From: Macrostomum lignano
Taxonomy: Eukaryota
Direction of reading: 5' to 3'
Length of the DNA stretch: 64,000 bases
Assembly (NCBI GenBank): GCA_002269645.1
Contig: NIVC01000598.1
Location: 62,001-126,000 of the forward strand
In this document: positions 61,601 to 64,000 of the stretch, in pieces
Layout: each line of letters begins with the position of its first letter
How positions within the stretch are numbered: position 1 is the first letter of the stretch
Notes under the pieces: generated by a model
What the model saw: only the letters and a program-made list of their open reading frames with translations
Databases searched by the model: none
What the model was told of the DNA's origin: nothing
Position numbers and translations under genes: made by a program

Positions 61601-62706
61601 GGCGTCCAGGAGGCGCCGGTGCGGCAGGTCCACCAGCAGGCCGTGGTGCCGCAGAAAGTCGGCGCCGATCAGCGGGCGGGAGACCTCGGCCAGAAGGAAC
61701 GGCCAGGAGCAGCGCCGGATGCCGAGGTCCAACGTGAGCTGGCGGTGCCGAAGGTGCGGATCAGGCTGCCGTTGGCTGCGAAGAGCGGCGGGCCTGGCGA
61801 GTGCAGGCGGGCGTCGGAACCGGCGACGGGGAAAATGCTGACCTCGGCGCCGGTGTCGACCAGGAAACGCCGGCCCGTCTGCACATCCGGGATGAGGAGC
61901 AGGCTGCTGCTGTTGCCGGCCGTCGAGCTGTTCACTGACGGCCGGCCTGCCCGTTTCCCTGGAAGCTGCACGGGAGTTCACAGCGGCGGGCTTTCGCACC
62001 GAAACGACGGTGAAAGAAACACAGGCCGTCGTCCTGGCGGTGCTGCTGGGGCCGTCTCTGTCTGGCGCCCTTGCTGGCCGCAAAGACTGCCGGCTGGGCT
62101 TGCTGGGCCGGCTCTACCGCCGGCTGCTGGACGGAGGCCGCCACCAGCTGCGGCCGGCTGGCCCAGAGCTTGTCTGCCTCCTGCGCTGCTGCCCGGGGGT
62201 CCGCGAAACTGACGGTTGTCATGGCGATGCGTAAGTTCCGGTGGCAACTGCTGGCGGAACAGCTCCTCGAATAGCAGGCAGGGGCGGTGGTTCCCCAGCA
62301 GGGCGAGCAACTCGTCCATCAGCTCGGAAGGCCGCCGGTCGCCGAGGCCGGACATGCTGAGCAGGCGGCTGGCCCGCTGCTGAGGAGTCAAATCGAAAGT
62401 GCTGTTGAGGCGCTCCTTTAGCTGAGCGTACTTGTTCGCCTCCGGATGAGCCTCGAGCACATCGAGCAGGCGCTTTGCTGTCTGCTGGTCAAGAGCTGCG
62501 ACCAGATGGGCTCTTGGTCTCGTCCTGAGTGATGCCTCTCAGGGTAAACTGAGCTTCAGCCGGATGAACCAGGCTCGAGGCTTGGCCGCCCAAAACGTGG
62601 GCAGCTTCAGGGACACAGCAGAGTCGGTTTGTTGGACCATTGCACGAAATGGCTGCGTAGGACTCACCAATGAAGCTCTCAACCGTGCACCAGTCTGGCC
62701 GCCACA
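58610..62706 (-). mobile_element. Ty3/Gypsy LTR retrotransposon (CsRn1/Kabuki-like), frameshifted; 3' LTR 58610-58822, truncated 5' LTR 62671-62706, TSD GTAC
   Basis: TG...CA LTRs; TGGTGA PBS at ~62669; G-rich PPT at 58828-58833; Gag LKLPTFWAAKPRAWF and LGDRRPSELM; PR FLVDTGAEVS; [30 protein letters not shown]; RH TVDASD, FTDHKPL; IN HVDLVGP, SDRGSQF, NGLVERFH; GPY/F region. Confidence 0.95.
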
Positions 62707-63204
62707 GTACATACTACAGTGATCCTGGGGCGAACCCGAGGTCGAGCTGCTGTCCATCATGTGGACTTTATTTGTGTGATTTTAATAGATTTAGCATTTT
62801 TAGTCTAAAAATTTAGTACTAGACACCGAGAAAGCGAATATTATATTGATCTACATTTACAACACACCGAAGTTGGAATCATATGCATAATCTATGAAGT
62901 TACTGCATGGCCCTGCATTCTACATGTGTACTACATAGTGTACAATCATGATCAGCTCCATATCACTATCGGAGAATCTGTAGCAGGCTCTAGCCAAAGT
63001 GGCACAGAAATAGACGACACTAATCCAATACAATGTAATCTGGCATTAGATATAACTAGCAATCTTCGCCCCCCGATGGGGGACATCTGGATAGAATCTC
63101 TGTTCTCTACAATTAACAAAAAGACAGCCAAAAAATCCTTCACAAAAGCAACAGACAAACTGCTAAAATGAAGTGAATTGCAATAAGAAATCTTCCCAAG
63201 ACCA

Positions 63205-63740
63205 CAAGCATCCCCCAGATAGCAAGCATCCTCCAGATAGCAAGCATTCTCCCAGATAGCAAGCATTTCCCAGATAGCAAGCATCCCCAAGATAGCAAGC
63301 ATCCTCCAGATAGCAAGCATCCCCCAGATAGCAAGCATCCCCCAGATAGCAAGCATCCCCCAGATAGCAAACATCCCCCAGATAGCAAGCATTCCCCAGA
63401 TAGCAAGCATTCCGCAGATAGCAAGCATCCCCCAGATAGCAAGCATCCCCAAGATAGCAAGCATCCCTCAGATAGCAAGCATACCCCAAGATAGCAAGCA
63501 TCCCTCAGATAGCAAGCATACCCCAGATAGCAAGCATCCCCCAGATAGCAAGCATCACTCAGATAGCAAGCATCCCTCAGATAGCAAGCATCCCCCAGAT
63601 AGCAAGCATCCCCCAGATAGCAAGCATTCCCCAGATAGCAAGCATTCCCCAGATAGCAAGCATCCCCCAGAAAGCAAGCATCCTCCAAGTAGCAAGCATC
63701 CCCAAGATAGATAGCATCCCCAAATAGCAACCATCCACCA
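63205..63740. repeat. 18-bp minisatellite (agatagcaagcatccccc), ~30 units
   Basis: Read directly. Confidence 0.95.
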
Positions 63741-63839
63741 GACAATAAGTAGCTAGAGCGACAATTTCCTTAGCTTTATAGTGGCTCCTTTAAATTGGCA
63801 TGGCGCTTTATACCTTTACATTTGAAATTGGATATCTTG

Positions 63840-64000
63840 AATGTTTGACATGGTGGCTATTTTATGTTTGACATAGTGGCTCTTCTATGTTTGACATGGT
63901 GGCTCTTTTATGTTTGACATAGTGGCTCTTTTATGTTCGACATGGTGGCTCTTCTATGTTTGACATGGTGGCTTTTTTAGGTTTGACATGGTGGCTCTTT
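63840..64000. repeat. 23-bp minisatellite (atgtttgacatggtggctctttt), runs off the window
   Basis: Read directly. Confidence 0.92.

Noticed and set aside
58600-62500. Many overlapping GC-rich ORFs on both strands
   Set aside because: Shadow frames of the Gypsy gag-pol; the same applies to antisense ORFs over Arp3, SLMAP, the RTE and the ankyrin gene

Overview
Eukaryotic (animal) genomic DNA with no prokaryotic features or CRISPR arrays. GC-rich, intron-poor genes sit in AT-rich spacers packed with mini- and microsatellites. This style suggests a free-living flatworm such as Macrostomum (inference, not database-verified). Protein genes, left to right: a small neuropeptide-type prohormone (3885-4169), a C-type-lectin membrane protein (8983-10340), a single-pass membrane protein (11204-11773), a giant CxC-pentapeptide metallothionein-like ORF (13201-14493, one in-frame TGA), a same-strand housekeeping run Dim1/TXNL4A - RPS20 - SLMAP - Arp3 - RPA49/POLR1E (20665-35008; the first three operon-like), an LZTS/Fez1-family gene (minus), an intronless ankyrin-only gene (minus) and an SLC16/MCT transporter (49035-56192). 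Mobile DNA: a decayed RTE-type LINE with related fragments, a DIRS/Ngaro-type RT-RNaseH element with a SAP-domain Gag but no tyrosine recombinase, a hAT-like MITE, a tRNA-derived SINE, a CsRn1-like Ty3/Gypsy LTR element inserted into a palindrome, and a minimal hammerhead ribozyme. The most striking item is the metallothionein-like gene. It has 83 tandem C-K-C-x-x units (about 163 Cys in 430 codons), mostly synonymous unit variation, unique Cys-containing caps, a TATA box, an MRE-like site and a polyA signal, so it looks like a real gene rather than a minisatellite. Many long ORFs in the track are translations of non-coding tandem repeats or antisense frames.
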